Part shown: piece by piece, positions 62,955-64,000 of the stretch
Position numbering within the stretch: position 1 is the first letter of the stretch
Layout of the letters: every line of letters begins with the position of its first letter
Source: an uncultured Planctomycetota bacterium
GTDB lineage: Bacteria > Planctomycetota > Planctomycetia > Gemmatales > Gemmataceae
Direction: 5' to 3'
Length of the DNA: 64,000 bases
NCBI GenBank assembly: GCA_963849325.1
Contig: CAWKHF010000010.1
Location: forward strand, 384,001 to 448,000
Made by a program: the position numbers and the translations under genes
The notes under the pieces: generated by a model
The model's input: the letters and a program-made list of their open reading frames with translations, nothing else
Database searches by the model: none
Told to the model about the DNA's origin: nothing

Positions 62955-64000
62955 ATGACGGAACCCTCCTTGATCGCCCGGCAACGAGTGTTGTTGCGAG
63001 AGCTGATTCAGCGAGCCGCCGAGCGCGCCCACGCCGAGCCGGCCATCGCGGCGGCGTTTCAGGAACAGGTGGATGCGGTCGAGAACGAGTTCGCCGATGG
63101 CCGCGATGCCGTCAACGGCCGTCTCCAGCGCGAGCAGGAAGAGAACGAACGTCAGTTCGAGCAGGCCCGCGCCAGCATCGAGGCACGTTACAATGTCGAA
63201 CAGGACACCGCCAACCGCGACTATAACGAGGCCCACGAGGAGATTGTCACACGCGAGAAGTTCGAGAAGAAAGCCGCCGAGGCCGCCTACAAGGAAGCGT
63301 GCTGGACCATCGGCGCCGTCCTGGAAGGGGCCATCAACGAGGCCGAGCAGGAGGTGCGCGAGAACAAGACGCGCCTGATGAACCGTCTCGACAACCTGCA
63401 CACCATCCACAAAGAGGCCCGAGCGCTGCTGGAGGAGTGGAAGCAGTCCGCCAAGGAATTGGAGGCGTCGGCCCGCGACTCCTCTCCGGCCGACCCGAGC
63501 ACCGCGCCGCCCAAGCTGTCCGAATGCGTGGTCGAGGCGCAACGTCTTCTCGAACAGCTGCAGGAACTGGTCGTGCCGCGCTATCTCAAGGCCCGTCGCT
63601 TCTTCGCCATGGTCGTGTTCGTGTGGCTGGCGTCGATCCTGCCGCTGGGGTTCCTGGCCGGACGCATCTGGGGAAAATCGGAGTTGTCGTGGACCCTCAT
63701 CCTGGGCCTTATCGCCAGCAGCTTGACCGTGCTCGCGATTGGCCCCTTTCTGCAAATGCTGCTCGCCGCCGTGGCGCGCAGCCAGATCCGCCACCATTAC
63801 GAACCGCTGTATCAAACCATCCTGGAGGCGGAGAGCACCCGGCAACTGCTGCTGGACCGCTACGAAAACGAAAGCCGGCAGCGCGTCCTGGAGTCCAAGA
63901 AACAACACAATGAGGAGGTCCGCCGCGCTCACACGGCCTACCGCCAACAGCGCGCCGCCAGCAAACGCCGCCTCGAGCAGGATCTGCCTCCCGTCGAGGA
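62955..64000 (+). CDS. Large coiled-coil protein with two TM helices, 3'-partial; possibly the N-terminus of an FtsK/SpoIIIE (EccC/EssC-like) ATPase
   Basis: Open from ATG 62955 to the window end (MTEPSLIARQRVLLRELI...), with TM segments near 63600-63770. The ATPase domain is not visible in the window. Confidence 0.6.
   Translation, partial: MTEPSLIARQRVLLRELIQRAAERAHAEPAIAAAFQEQVDAVENEFADGRDAVNGRLQREQEENERQFEQARASIEARYNVEQDTANRDYNEAHEEIVTREKFEKKAAEAAYKEACWTIGAVLEGAINEAEQEVRENKTRLMNRLDNLHTIHKEARALLEEWKQSAKELEASARDSSPADPSTAPPKLSECVVEAQRLLEQLQELVVPRYLKARRFFAMVVFVWLASILPLGFLAGRIWGKSELSWTLILGLIASSLTVLAIGPFLQMLLAAVARSQIRHHYEPLYQTILEAESTRQLLLDRYENESRQRVLESKKQHNEEVRRAHTAYRQQRAASKRRLEQDLPPVE

Noticed and set aside
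60816-64000. Integrative island or prophage at the tRNA 3' end
   Set aside because: No integrase and no duplicated tRNA 3' end are visible in the window, and a normal terminator follows the tRNA.

Overview
This is a high-GC bacterial chromosome segment, most likely from Planctomycetota (Gemmataceae-like), judging from the DUF1501 and TIGR03000 proteins and the planctomycete-type ECF sigma/Ser-Thr kinase pair. About 50 genes are recognisable: a GH57 branching enzyme, a GMC oxidase, lgt, prs, tyrA, ispG, a uxaE/SDR/LarA hexuronate cluster, a deacetylase/GNAT/JmjC cluster, a sigma-54 activator, TPR proteins and tRNA-Ala(CGC). Roughly 20 genes, including normally essential ones, carry single frameshifts that look like long-read indel errors. 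The most notable item is a 518-bp intron-less cassette at the tRNA-Ala locus. It consists of a 5' tRNA copy whose pseudo-anticodon loop is a perfect Shine-Dalgarno, then an I-Ssp6803I-like PD-(D/E)XK endonuclease gene, then an intact tRNA-Ala, all under the tRNA promoter. Other highlights are a WXG100/type VII-like operon at the right edge, a HEPN two-gene insert, many inverted heptamer-repeat hairpins (one made of the plant-telomere unit TTTAGGG), a REP family that supplies gene C-termini, and several tiny gene relics marking deletions. All family assignments come from motif recognition by eye; no database search was run.
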